Origin: Longimicrobiales bacterium
GTDB lineage: Bacteria > Gemmatimonadota > Gemmatimonadetes > Longimicrobiales > Gaopeijiaceae
Direction: 5' to 3'
Length of the DNA stretch: 64,000 nucleotides
Assembly: GCA_965249725.1 (NCBI GenBank)
Contig: CBDFMQ010000002.1
Span: forward strand, 608,001-672,000
Both the position numbers and the translations under genes were made by a program. Below, in pieces: positions 21,553-31,583 of this stretch; the first letter of the stretch is position 1, and each line of letters starts with the position of its first letter. The notes beneath the pieces are model-generated. The model was not told the DNA's origin. It searched no databases and saw only the letters and a program-made list of their open reading frames with translations.

Positions 21553-22260
21553 TCACGACGGCGGATCGCGCCGCACGGCGACATAGCCCTCTCCGGGGAT
21601 CTCCACCCTCAAGACACGGTTCTGGCCGTCGAGCCAGAGTTCATGGACGGCTCCGGCCAGGACCAACTGCAGGTGCTGGGCCTGGACCGTCCGTTCTCCG
21701 AGCGAAATGGGCTCCACCGAGGCCATACGCAGGACGCCCTCGGCCTGTCCGCCTGGCCGCGGGTGAATAATCGAAATGCGCGTCTCCCCGGGGTTCTGAT
21801 AAGGCCCGAGGAAGAAGTAGTGGTGCGCCAAGAAGCGGTCGAGCAGCACCGTAGGTGTGCGTGCAGAAGGCCGTCGGTACTGCCGTTCCTCGACTCCGGC
21901 GTCGGAGGTCGTTTCCGCTACGAGGCGATCCCCTCGGCGCTGAAGCAGAACCTGCAGCTCTCCCGGGCCGGCCACCTTGACCTGATAGGCGTCGAGCGAC
22001 ATCCCGACCCCGACCGTTCCGAGGGCGGATTGCACCGTCTGGTCGCCGCCCTCGACGGTGAGCTCGAGCGTACCTTGAGCGATGACCTGCGCGTTCTCGC
22101 CGAAGCCGGAGCGCCGGATACGGAAGCTCTCCGTTCCGACCGCCCGACCGCCGATCTCCACCGCAAAGGATCCCTCGTCCAGTACCACCGCCTGGGCCGA
22201 GAGAGGGGCGGATACGGTAGAGAAACCCGTGATCATCAGGAACGCTGATAGAATACGCAT
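21553..22260 (-). CDS. Exported hypothetical protein (beta-rich)
   Basis: Signal-peptide-like N terminus; host codon usage. Confidence 0.7.
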   Translation of the reverse strand: MRILSAFLMITGFSTVSAPLSAQAVVLDEGSFAVEIGGRAVGTESFRIRRSGFGENAQVIAQGTLELTVEGGDQTVQSALGTVGVGMSLDAYQVKVAGPGELQVLLQRRGDRLVAETTSDAGVEERQYRRPSARTPTVLLDRFLAHHYFFLGPYQNPGETRISIIHPRPGGQAEGVLRMASVEPISLGERTVQAQHLQLVLAGAVHELWLDGQNRVLRVEIPGEGYVAVRRDPPS

Positions 22261-22268
22261 GGTTGCCA

Positions 22269-22379
22269 CTACACCGGATCCCCGCACACGGTTCGGAAGA
22301 GGCGACTCAGGAATCGGGTTCCGCTACACCGGGATCCCGGTGCACGGTTCGGAGGAGGCGGATCACGAATCGGGCTCCG
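22269..22379. repeat. Imperfect direct duplication of ~55 bp (22269-22323 and 22324-22379)
   Basis: ctacaccggatccccgcacacggttcggaagaggcgactcaggaatcgggttccg vs ctacaccgggatcccggtgcacggttcggaggaggcggatcacgaatcgggctccg. Confidence 0.8.
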
Positions 22380-23111
22380 CGGGGTGCGGGTGCGACAGCG
22401 CGGTCTCCAGACGCTGATATAGCGCTCGAAGATCATTCGACCCTTTTCCTCGGTGGCCAAGGTCGGGCGTCCGACCACACCCTGGAAATCGGGATGGGGT
22501 GATGAGACCCGGCCTTGCACGTACTTTCCAGAAGGACCTGGATGATCGGTGTAGTCCACGGCCTGGTCCATGCGTACGAGTTCGGGCGCCAGGTGCAGGA
22601 GCAAAGACGTCTCCAGCTCACCGCCACGCTCGTGTTCAGGACGGCCTTCGACCAGGTCGCCGACGTCGATCGTCATGAGGTCCACGACTTTGGTCGTCGA
22701 GGTGCTCGTCAAGGCGGTCAGGAGAGCCTCGACATGCGGTTCATGACGCTGTGCGGTGATGACGACCACCTCTTCGATGCCGTGGTCGTCCCAGCTTGCC
22801 AGGAGTTCGTTGATGGCACGATGGAAGGTCTTACGACGAAGCGTACCGGTGCCCGGATACGGGGTCCAGTCCGGCTTCGTCAGGCCATAGTGAAAAGTCG
22901 GTGCGACGACGACGCGCAGGCGCGCGGACAACGTCCGGGCTACCCACTCCGAGATGAGCGTATTGGCACCGAGCGGCAGGTGAGGTCCGTGATGGTCGAG
23001 AGCCCCTACGGGAAGGATGAGCCGGGGATCGCGCTCGAGGTGCAAACGAACTTCGGGCCAAGACAGGTGGTTCAACTCGTATGAGCGCCCCTGATCAGCC
23101 GTCTGCTCCAT
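22269..23111 (-). CDS. Creatininase family protein
   Basis: ILPVGALDHHGPHLPLG, GGELETS, GVVG.PTLATEEKG; GGAGGAG RBS before ATG 23111; 3' end runs into the repeat. Confidence 0.85.
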   Translation of the reverse strand: MEQTADQGRSYELNHLSWPEVRLHLERDPRLILPVGALDHHGPHLPLGANTLISEWVARTLSARLRVVVAPTFHYGLTKPDWTPYPGTGTLRRKTFHRAINELLASWDDHGIEEVVVITAQRHEPHVEALLTALTSTSTTKVVDLMTIDVGDLVEGRPEHERGGELETSLLLHLAPELVRMDQAVDYTDHPGPSGKYVQGRVSSPHPDFQGVVGRPTLATEEKGRMIFERYISVWRPRCRTRTPRSPIRDPPPPNRAPGSRCSGTRFLSRLFRTVCGDPV

Positions 23112-26100
23112 TCTTCTCCTCCGGTCCTTGGCTCGCGTTTACCCGCGTCGGTCCTTGGCTGGGCGTCCTCGGGTTGGCCGCGTGGACCCGATGGCCCCTG
23201 GTCGGCTGGCTGGGGTTCTCCAGCGTAGCGTCCCTTTCCGTCTTCTCAGTCCGGCCTCGGCGTGGAATAGCCCATGCGATAGCCGGCATCGTCGTACTGG
23301 CGGGCGTCGTGGCCGGCTTCGTCGGTCACGAGGTGAGCCGCCGGGTATCGCAGGACTTCGATCGGTACTGGGAGGCCCGCAACGCCCGCGCTGAGATCGC
23401 GCTCGATAACAGGATCGAACGGCTTTTGACAACCGGTGAGGCCGCGGTCGCACGCATCGGAAATCTCGCGGTCGAGGGCGACGGCACAAGCCTCCTCGAG
23501 GATCTGCAAGCGATCCGACGACGCACAGGGATGACCGCGGCGGCGATCTATGGCCCGACCGGCGACTTCGTTGTGTGGGATGGCACACACCGTGGCGTGG
23601 TCCCACCCGAACTCCAGTCCGGTGAAGTTCGGTATCTGTACCGAGATCGACCCCTGTTCAGCTATCTGTATTTCACGGCTCCGATTCCGGGGGGCGGGAC
23701 CGCGATGGCTGCGGCGTTGATCAAGGCGAACCTCCCCCGGAATCTCGAATCGGACCCCGGCGACTTCGTCAGTTCGTTCCGCGATGCTGTTGGAGAGGAT
23801 CTACGGATCCTGCGTGCTGAGCGCGCCAGCGGGGACGACGTTCTCGACCTGCGCTGGGAGGACGAACCGCTCTTCAGCGTCTCGGTGATCAGGCCAACGC
23901 AGGAGCAGAGACTTCGCGACGTGCGGCTCTTCTGGTCGAGAGTGGTCGGGGCCCTGGCTGTGATCGCCTGGCTACTCCTCGCCATCACGGCCGGGGTGGA
24001 GGAGGGCGATCGCAAGGCGGCGGCTCTGACCCCGTTGGGTCTAGCCTTCCTGATCCCGGTGGGTGCGGCCATGGGGTCGCTGCCCATCTTCACCGCCGCC
24101 GACTTCGTCCTGCCCGGTCCGGTACCCGTGACGTTCGAGCGAGTCCTGTTGGTGTCGCTGGCCGCCGCTGTCGTGACGGCCGCTCACCTGCCTCCGGCTG
24201 CGCGTCTCGGGCCTATCGCCTCCGGCCTGGGAGTGCTCGTCACGTTCCCGCTGGCCGCCATCCTCCTCGTGGGTGGGGCGGGTCCGGCCCTCCTGTCCGG
24301 TGGGGAGGGCAAGTGGGTGGCGTACCAAATCGGGGTGGCTTTGGTACTCACCCTGCTGTGCCTGGCCTCCTTCCGGCTGGGCGAGCGGGCTCGGCGGCAG
24401 CCGCACCCCGAGATACCTCTACTCGTCGCCGTGGCGCTGGTTGTGGCCCTTGCGGGTATGGGCGCGCTGATGGTGCGGGTCGGAGGCACGCTCCCGGCCT
24501 GGAGCACCGCCGCCTGGTTCCTTCCGGCGGGACTGGCTGCGCTGGGCCTGTCGGGTCTCCGTGGATGGCCCCGCGTTTGGGTGACGTGGGGGTTCGCCGC
24601 GCTCCTGGGGGCCTCTTCGGCTCTGGTGGTATCGTGGGCTGCCCGGGTAGAGGCACGCATGGATACGGCCGAGCTTCAGCTGGCCCGTCTCGGCACTCCG
24701 GCCGATCCGTATCTGGAATACGTCCTCCACCGGTTCTTGGAGTCGGCCGATTCCCTGGACGCGGGAGGCGCCGATCCTCCCGAACTGCTCTACGAGAGTT
24801 GGGTCGACAGCGGTTTGGCCGAAGAGGGTTCCGGCGTATGGCTGACGCTGTGGAGTCCCGGCGACCTGCCGGAGTTCGAGATTGCCATCGGTGTAGACGG
24901 CGGTCGGCCGGGCCGGGCGGACGACTTTCTCGAGCAAGCGAGGCAGGGAGAGCCCGCGTTTGTTCGTCGCCTCGCATCAGGGGACGCCAACTACATGCTG
25001 CAGGTCCCTCTCAGAGGGGGCCGGGTGCTCACCGGGGTGCTACCGGCCAGACGGGAACTTCCCGACGCGTCGCCGTTCGGTCCGGTCTTCGGGGGCCTGA
25101 CGGCGTCGACCGAGAGCCCCTTGACCCTCGTCCCAATTCTCGAGGGTGATCAGGCACGCCAGACCGAGGGGGTAGCGTGGGTACGGACGGCCGACGGATG
25201 GGAGGGCCGCCAGAGTTTTCCTTATCCGGGTGGAGGCTTCGACGCCCAGTACGTGGTCGATCTGCCACGTCCGTGGCTGGTGGCGGCGAGGGGAACGCTC
25301 CTCGTCCTGGGCGACGTGGCCCTCATTCTACTCCTGTGGACCCTAGGTCAGTTCGTTCTGGTTGGTCGTCGGCCGGCGGTGAGGAGCTGGACGAATCCGT
25401 TCGCCTCCTTCCGCGCGAAAGTGACCTGGGCGCTCTTTGCGTTCTTCGTTCTTTCAGCTGCCGTGTTCGGGAGCCTCGCGTTTCGCACGCTGTCCCAGGC
25501 CACGGTGCGTACTGCTGCGGCCATCGCCGCACGCATCGCCGACGACGCCGCGGCCTTCTACTACGAGGCCGGCCGCTCCATGACCCTGCTGTCGAGTCGG
25601 GTGGGGGCCGATCTGCTCGAGTATCGCGCGGGAGAGCTCCGCGGCGGGTCGGTCGATGACCTCGTCGAGATGGGCCTCTACGACGGCTGGATTCCCTTCG
25701 ACGTGAACCAACAGCTCGAGAGTCGTGAGGAACTCCTGGAGACGGCGCTGGGGAGTCTTGGTCGACGACAGTACCTCATGGCGTTCCGGCGGCTGCCGGA
25801 CGGGGACGTCGTGGCCACGCGGGTGCCTCTGCAGGCAGGCGCCACGGCACTGCGAGAACGAGAGGTGGCCGAATTGGTCGCCTTCGTTGTGCTGCTCGGG
25901 GCCGCCCTGTCCCTGGGCCTCGCTCTTCTCGTGGGACGGACACTCACCCGTCCGATTCGCACGCTACAGGTGGCGTCGGAGAGGGTCGGTGGCGGGAACC
26001 TGGCCGTGCAGCTGCCCGACGACCGCGCCGACGAGTTCGGCTCCGTCTTCCGAGCCTTCAATCGGATGGTGCTCCGCATCAGCCGAGCCCGTCGGGATCT

Positions 26101-27151
26101 GGTTCGTACGACGCGACGCACACAGGCCATCGTCGATGAGGCTGCTACCGGCGTCGTGGCGCTGGATCGGGAGGGCAACGTCACGCTGGTCAACCCGCGG
26201 GCCCAGGACGTGTTGGGAGGCAAGGTCGAGGTGGGTGAGCCGCTTCCCCAGCTCGAGGGCACCCTCGCCGAGCTGGTCGAGTGGATGGAGATGGGGCTGC
26301 GCGACGGTCTGCGTGAGTCGACGTCGGAATTTCAGGTCGGTGAGCGCCGGATTCGAGTCCGGTCGAGGGAAATCTCGAGGCAGGGGCCCGGTGGTGTCGT
26401 GCTCTCGATAGAGGATGTGACCGACGAGCTCCGTACTGAGCGCATCCTGGCGTGGGGTGAGATGGCCCGTCAGGTTGCGCATGAGGTTAAGAACCCGCTG
26501 ACACCCATCAAGTTGAGCGTCCAGCACATCCGTCGGGCTTGGCAGGACAAGAGCGAGGACTTCGAGCCTATCCTGGACCGAAACGTAGGGGCGATCCTGA
26601 GCGAGATCGACCGCCTCGCCGAGATTGCCAGTGGATTCTCGCGGTTTGGTGCCCCCGCCGCGGCTGGAGAGATTCCCCTGGAGCCCGTGGACGTGGCGGC
26701 CTTGGCTCAGGAGGTGCTTACTCTGTACCAGACCGGAGAAGAGGGACCACTGCAGTTCGAGGCTCAGGTACCAGAGGACCTGCCCTCCGTCAGTGCACGT
26801 GAGACCGAGTTCAAGGAAGTGCTCCTGAACCTGCTCGAGAACGCGCGTATCGCCGTGGAGGGCACCGGCACGGTCACCATCGAGGCCGTGCATGTTCCCA
26901 CGGCGGTTGAGGTACGGGTCCACGACGACGGGACGGGCATTCCGCCGGAGTTGCTGGGTCGGATTTTCGAGCCGCAGTTCAGCACCCGTTCGGCCGGTAC
27001 GGGCCTGGGACTCGCGATCGTGCGGAAGCTGGTCGAGTCCTGGGGCGGCACCGTAACGGCGGAGAGTGGACGCGGAGAGGGCACCGTGATTCGGATGCAG
27101 CTGAGGCCGTGGGGTGAGGCTGGCGACGGACCTCAGGATTCGGCACCTTAG
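23081..27151 (+). CDS. Large multi-TM sensor histidine kinase (HAMP-PAS-HisKA-HATPase, NtrY-like)
   Basis: WGEMARQVAHEVKNPLTPI H-box, NLLENA, DDGTGIP, GTGLGL; start uncertain. Confidence 0.9.
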   Translation: MSAPDQPSAPFFSSGPWLAFTRVGPWLGVLGLAAWTRWPLVGWLGFSSVASLSVFSVRPRRGIAHAIAGIVVLAGVVAGFVGHEVSRRVSQDFDRYWEARNARAEIALDNRIERLLTTGEAAVARIGNLAVEGDGTSLLEDLQAIRRRTGMTAAAIYGPTGDFVVWDGTHRGVVPPELQSGEVRYLYRDRPLFSYLYFTAPIPGGGTAMAAALIKANLPRNLESDPGDFVSSFRDAVGEDLRILRAERASGDDVLDLRWEDEPLFSVSVIRPTQEQRLRDVRLFWSRVVGALAVIAWLLLAITAGVEEGDRKAAALTPLGLAFLIPVGAAMGSLPIFTAADFVLPGPVPVTFERVLLVSLAAAVVTAAHLPPAARLGPIASGLGVLVTFPLAAILLVGGAGPALLSGGEGKWVAYQIGVALVLTLLCLASFRLGERARRQPHPEIPLLVAVALVVALAGMGALMVRVGGTLPAWSTAAWFLPAGLAALGLSGLRGWPRVWVTWGFAALLGASSALVVSWAARVEARMDTAELQLARLGTPADPYLEYVLHRFLESADSLDAGGADPPELLYESWVDSGLAEEGSGVWLTLWSPGDLPEFEIAIGVDGGRPGRADDFLEQARQGEPAFVRRLASGDANYMLQVPLRGGRVLTGVLPARRELPDASPFGPVFGGLTASTESPLTLVPILEGDQARQTEGVAWVRTADGWEGRQSFPYPGGGFDAQYVVDLPRPWLVAARGTLLVLGDVALILLLWTLGQFVLVGRRPAVRSWTNPFASFRAKVTWALFAFFVLSAAVFGSLAFRTLSQATVRTAAAIAARIADDAAAFYYEAGRSMTLLSSRVGADLLEYRAGELRGGSVDDLVEMGLYDGWIPFDVNQQLESREELLETALGSLGRRQYLMAFRRLPDGDVVATRVPLQAGATALREREVAELVAFVVLLGAALSLGLALLVGRTLTRPIRTLQVASERVGGGNLAVQLPDDRADEFGSVFRAFNRMVLRISRARRDLVRTTRRTQAIVDEAATGVVALDREGNVTLVNPRAQDVLGGKVEVGEPLPQLEGTLAELVEWMEMGLRDGLRESTSEFQVGERRIRVRSREISRQGPGGVVLSIEDVTDELRTERILAWGEMARQVAHEVKNPLTPIKLSVQHIRRAWQDKSEDFEPILDRNVGAILSEIDRLAEIASGFSRFGAPAAAGEIPLEPVDVAALAQEVLTLYQTGEEGPLQFEAQVPEDLPSVSARETEFKEVLLNLLENARIAVEGTGTVTIEAVHVPTAVEVRVHDDGTGIPPELLGRIFEPQFSTRSAGTGLGLAIVRKLVESWGGTVTAESGRGEGTVIRMQLRPWGEAGDGPQDSAP

Positions 27152-27192
27152 AGTATAGGTTTCCAGCCCGTTTCTGCCTCGTCTGGAGCACC

Positions 27193-27801
27193 ATGAGGGA
27201 TTCCGTCGCCGAGCCGACCGACCTCCAATCGACACCGTCCTCCTCAAGCTCGCCTGCGGTACCATCAAACTCCCACCGATTGAGGGAGTGGCTCCAACAG
27301 CACGTCGAGTTCCTGTCGCACCACTGGGTCGATGAAGTGCGTCGACGGGCGAACCCGGATGGGGACCTGGACGACCTCCTCGTACGGTTTCTCCGGCTCC
27401 TCACGACGTTCACTCCCCAAGCCGTCGGGCAGCATCGCGCTCGGGTGGCGCCGCTCTGGATCAAGGCTGCGGAGCTCTACGGATCGCTGGGAGCCCAGCG
27501 CGGTCTGGCGGCCGGGGAAATCGTCGAGGAGTTCCAGATTCTGCGCGAGGCTCTCCTCCGGCTTCTCTTCGAGGCGCCGCCGGCAAGTGTCGGCGCGGCC
27601 TTCTCGATGGGTGATGCGCTGCGGCTCAACCGCTTTCTCGACAGTGGCGTCACCCATGCGAGCATCGGGCATACGGACGCCCTGTTCTTCGCCCTCTTCC
27701 AGGGCAACGGCGTTCCGAGGGTACCGACGGACCAATTGGTCGCGGAAGTGGAGGAACAGCTCCAGGCCCTCGAGGAGGAACTGTCCGCCACGGCCCACTG
27801 A
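27193..27801 (+). CDS. Hypothetical helical protein, RsbRD N-terminal-like
   Basis: AAELYG....QRG....EIVEEFQILREAL resembles the RsbRD_N/HisK-N helical bundle. Confidence 0.55.
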   Translation: MRDSVAEPTDLQSTPSSSSSPAVPSNSHRLREWLQQHVEFLSHHWVDEVRRRANPDGDLDDLLVRFLRLLTTFTPQAVGQHRARVAPLWIKAAELYGSLGAQRGLAAGEIVEEFQILREALLRLLFEAPPASVGAAFSMGDALRLNRFLDSGVTHASIGHTDALFFALFQGNGVPRVPTDQLVAEVEEQLQALEEELSATAH

Positions 27802-27815
27802 AGCCACGGCTGACC

Positions 27816-29291
27816 ATGTCTGACCCGCACCATCCCGGCGACGCCCCGTCAGAGGGTACCGAGATGGGCGACATGACGCCGGAGGAGTTCCGGCGTCATG
27901 GGTACGCGGTAGTGGATTGGATCGCCGGGTACCTCGCAGGGGTGGGGGAGTATCCCGTGCTCCCTTCGGTGGTCCCAGGGCAGGTGCGTGGGAGCCTCCC
28001 GACCTCCGCGCCTTCGGAGGGTGAGCCCTTCGAGGACATCCTCCGCGACTTCGACACCAAGATCGTTCCGGGCATCACCCACTGGAATCACCCCGGTTTC
28101 TTCGCCTACTTCGCCGTGACGGGATCGGCCCCCGGCATCCTGGGCGAAATGCTCTCGGCGGCCCTCAACGTCAATGCCATGATGTGGAAGAGCTCTCCGG
28201 CCGGTACCGAGCTCGAGGAACTGACGCTCGACTGGCTGCGAGAGCTCGTTGGACTTCCACCAGAGTTCCTGGGTGCGATCAACGATACGGCCTCTTCGAG
28301 TTCTCTCTACGCGCTCTCGGCGGCCCGTGAGGCCTGCTTCTCCGACGCGAGAGAGAAGGGGCTCTTCGGAGGTCCGGTCGGTCGCATCTACGTTTCGGAG
28401 GAGGCGCATTCCTCGATCGACAAGGCCGGCATCACGCTGGGCTTCGGACTCGATGGTGTTCGGCGTATCGAGACCGATGCCGATTTTCGCTTGGACACCT
28501 CAGCACTCCGAGACGCCTTGGCGGAAGACGTGGCGGATGGAGTGCGTCCCGTAGCCCTCGTGGCCACGCTGGGAACCACGTCGACCAGCAGCATGGACCC
28601 GGTCGAGGAGTTGGCAGACATCGCGGAGGAGTACGGCGCGTGGCTGCACGTGGACGCGGCGTATGCGGGCCCGGCGGCGATCGTGCCCGAACTCCGCGAT
28701 CTCTTCCGTGGCTGGGAGCGGGCAGACTCCGTCGTGCTGAATCCGCACAAGTGGCTCTTCACTCCCATCGATTGCTCGATTCTCTACTGCCGGCGTCCCG
28801 ATCAACTGCGGAGGGCCTTCAGCTTGACGCCGGAATACCTGACCACGGACGAGAGCGCGACCAATCTCATGGACTACGGACTATCGCTCGGACGCCGTCT
28901 GAGGGCTCTCAAGCTGTGGTTCGTGCTGCGCTACTTCGGAAGCGAGGGACTCGCGGCTCGCATCCGGGAGCACTGCCGACTCGGCTCCGTGTTCGCGGAC
29001 CTCGTAGACGAAGCGTCTGGGTGGGAGCGTGTGGCACCGGTGCCCTTCAGCACCGTCGTGTTCCGGTACCTACCCGCGGGGTCCCGCGGGGTCGAGGGCG
29101 GCGAGCTGCAGGATCGACTCAATACGGCGATCCTCGATGCCGTCAACGCGAGCGGGGAGGTGTTTCTGTCCCACACTCGACTGGACGGCCGGGTGGCGCT
29201 TCGGCTGTCCGTGGGCAACCTGCGTTCCACCGAGGTGCATGTCCGGCGGGCCTGGGATCTCCTGCAGGCGGCCGCCATCCAAATCAGGTAG
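27816..29291 (+). CDS. PLP-dependent group II decarboxylase (aromatic-L-amino-acid decarboxylase-like)
   Basis: PGITHWNHPGFFAYF, WLHVDAAYAG, NPHKWLF, RALKLWFV. Confidence 0.93.
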   Translation: MSDPHHPGDAPSEGTEMGDMTPEEFRRHGYAVVDWIAGYLAGVGEYPVLPSVVPGQVRGSLPTSAPSEGEPFEDILRDFDTKIVPGITHWNHPGFFAYFAVTGSAPGILGEMLSAALNVNAMMWKSSPAGTELEELTLDWLRELVGLPPEFLGAINDTASSSSLYALSAAREACFSDAREKGLFGGPVGRIYVSEEAHSSIDKAGITLGFGLDGVRRIETDADFRLDTSALRDALAEDVADGVRPVALVATLGTTSTSSMDPVEELADIAEEYGAWLHVDAAYAGPAAIVPELRDLFRGWERADSVVLNPHKWLFTPIDCSILYCRRPDQLRRAFSLTPEYLTTDESATNLMDYGLSLGRRLRALKLWFVLRYFGSEGLAARIREHCRLGSVFADLVDEASGWERVAPVPFSTVVFRYLPAGSRGVEGGELQDRLNTAILDAVNASGEVFLSHTRLDGRVALRLSVGNLRSTEVHVRRAWDLLQAAAIQIR

Positions 29292-29300
29292 GACCGAACA

Positions 29301-29765
29301 TCAGGTTCTTGAGGGCGGCCTTCTCTTCAGCTGCGACTCGAGATCTCCCGAGCGGGGAAAGGCCATCGCCTGGCTCCCCACCGACGCGGCGGCGAAGATC
29401 AGTATCCAGATGGGAGATCCGGCCATCAACCCGGTGATGACTCCCACCATCCCCACGCCCTCCCGAATCGCCTGGGGCACGATGATCGAAGCGGCATACC
29501 TCTGCACGACCTCGTCTTCGGAGAGACGGCTGAGGGAGTCCCTGAGCCGCGCACCGAGTACCGGGGCGCCGAGCAGGCCGATCGCCATGACCCCCATACC
29601 TGCGTAGAGCACGATCCGACCGGTAGCCGGATCCATCGGCGACCATCTGCCTGCCTGCGACAGGAAATAGGCCAGCCCTCCAAGGACCGCGACCCCTCCG
29701 ATGAGGGTTGCGGCCACCACTTGGACGATCCGTTCCTGCTGACGGATACGTTCGCTTCGTTCCAT
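29301..29765 (-). CDS. Hypothetical membrane protein
   Basis: About four hydrophobic helices; GGAGG upstream; downstream of pntB. Confidence 0.7.
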   Translation of the reverse strand: MERSERIRQQERIVQVVAATLIGGVAVLGGLAYFLSQAGRWSPMDPATGRIVLYAGMGVMAIGLLGAPVLGARLRDSLSRLSEDEVVQRYAASIIVPQAIREGVGMVGVITGLMAGSPIWILIFAAASVGSQAMAFPRSGDLESQLKRRPPSRT

Positions 29766-29791
29766 CTGACTCGCCTCCGGCAGCTACGAGA

Positions 29792-31195
29792 TCAGGCTTC
29801 GCGAACCTCTTTGACGAGCTCGCCCATGGATCCCTTCGCGTCTCCGAAGAACATCCTCGTGTGATCCATATAGAACAGCGGATTGTCGATCCCGGCGAAG
29901 CCCGGTGACAGGCTGCGCTTCATGATGATCACGCTCTTGGCGTTCTCGACATCGAGAATCGGCATCCCTGCGATGACGCTGTTGGGATCGTGTGCGTCCG
30001 GGTTGACCACGTCGTTGGCGCCCACCACCAGTACCACGTCCGTCCGATCGAAATCGTCATTGATCTCGTCGAGGTCGAAGAGCTTGTCGTAGGGGACGTC
30101 CGCTTCGGCGAGCAGCACGTTCATGTGTCCCGGCATCCGGCCGGCAACAGGGTGCACGGCGTACTTCACGTCGACACCGCGCTCCTCCAGGTTGTCCATC
30201 ACCTTCCGAAGGTCGTGCTGGGCCTGGGCGACAGCGAGACCGTAGCCCGGTACCACGATGACCGACTGGGCGTAAGCGAGCATCATCGCAGCCCCCTCGG
30301 CGTCCGTGGAACGCGCCGTCTTGTCACCGGCTCCGACCTGTGCGGCTGTCGCACCCTCGGAACCGAACGCTCCGAACGCCACGTTGGCCAGCGAGCGATT
30401 CATGGCCTTGCACATGATCATCGTGAGGATGAGTCCGGCGGCTCCGACGAGCGCACCACTGATGATGAGCACGTTGTTGCCGATGACGAATCCGACAGCC
30501 GACGCGGCCAGCCCCGAATACGAGTTCAGGAGCGAGACCACGACCGGCATGTCTGCGCCCCCGATCGGGATGACCAACAGGATGCCGAGTAAGAGTGCAA
30601 TGACCGTGAAGATCACGAACACGGTGAGCGTCGGCAGCGCACCGACCTGGAACAGACCCATGATCGACGCACCCAACGCCAGCACACCCACGAACAGGAT
30701 GGCGTTGAGGGTCTTCTGCAACGGGAAGGTGATCGGATTCCCGGACACGAGACCCTTGAGCTTACCGAACGCTACGAAGCTGCCGGAGAACGTCACGGTT
30801 CCGATCAGGCAGGAGAGGGCGATGGTGAGTCCGTCACCCAGTGCGAGGGCAGATGCGGTCGTCTGTACTCGAACCAATTCGGCCGCGGCCACGAGAGCCG
30901 AAGCTCCTCCACCGAACCCGTTGAACGCCCCCACCAATTCCGGCATGGACGTCATCTTCACCGTTCGGGCCAGGACGCCCCCGATGAGACCGCCCAGGAC
31001 CATGCCCCCTACGATGCCGGTCCAGCTCACGGCCTGGTTGTCCACCACGGTAGCCACGATGGCGATGAGCATGGCCAGAGCGGCCAGCTGGTTGCCGGCT
31101 CGAGCCGTAGCGGGAGACTGCAGCCGCTTGAGTCCGACCACGAATAGGACGGACGAGAAGAGATATGAAAGCTCCACCCAAAGGGAGAGATCCAT
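29792..31195 (-). CDS. pntB: NAD(P) transhydrogenase beta subunit
   Basis: IGGADMPVVVSLLNSYSG, HPVAGRMPGHMNVLLAEA, GANDVVNP. Confidence 0.97.
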   Translation of the reverse strand: MDLSLWVELSYLFSSVLFVVGLKRLQSPATARAGNQLAALAMLIAIVATVVDNQAVSWTGIVGGMVLGGLIGGVLARTVKMTSMPELVGAFNGFGGGASALVAAAELVRVQTTASALALGDGLTIALSCLIGTVTFSGSFVAFGKLKGLVSGNPITFPLQKTLNAILFVGVLALGASIMGLFQVGALPTLTVFVIFTVIALLLGILLVIPIGGADMPVVVSLLNSYSGLAASAVGFVIGNNVLIISGALVGAAGLILTMIMCKAMNRSLANVAFGAFGSEGATAAQVGAGDKTARSTDAEGAAMMLAYAQSVIVVPGYGLAVAQAQHDLRKVMDNLEERGVDVKYAVHPVAGRMPGHMNVLLAEADVPYDKLFDLDEINDDFDRTDVVLVVGANDVVNPDAHDPNSVIAGMPILDVENAKSVIIMKRSLSPGFAGIDNPLFYMDHTRMFFGDAKGSMGELVKEVREA

Positions 31196-31219
31196 TGGTT
31201 TACTCCTTTGAGTGCTTGT

Positions 31220-31498
31220 CTATTTCTTGAACATCTCGAGCATGCGATCGGTGACCATAAAGCCACCCACCACATTGATCATGGCCAAAACGATGGCCGC
31301 GATCCCGAGAACCTCGGACAACCCCGAGTCGACCTGCGCCGAAACGACCAAGGCTCCCACGATGGCGATGCCCGAAATAGCGTTGGCTCCCGACATCAGG
31401 GGAGTGTGCAGGGTGGGGGGCACCTTGGTGATCAGCTCCCGACCGGCCACGGTAGCCAGGACGAAGACGTAGAGTCCTACGACCATCTCGCCCATCAA
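31220..31498 (-). CDS. pntA: NAD(P) transhydrogenase alpha subunit part 2 (membrane)
   Basis: VPPTLHTPLMSGANAISG, NVVGGFMVTDRMLEMF. Confidence 0.95.
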   Translation of the reverse strand: MMGEMVVGLYVFVLATVAGRELITKVPPTLHTPLMSGANAISGIAIVGALVVSAQVDSGLSEVLGIAAIVLAMINVVGGFMVTDRMLEMFKK

Positions 31499-31583
31499 GT
31501 CCTCCTTCTATTGGTCATGCTGTATGTGGGACGTGGACCGAGAACTGTACGGCCCATCAGAGTCACTGTCTGTCGGCTCCTCG

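Noticed and set aside
25964..27268. Long antisense and alternative-frame ORFs (e.g. 25964-27268, 34633-35703, 37762-38868, 57877-58929)
   Set aside because: Shadows of well-supported genes, expected at high GC, with no motifs of their own.
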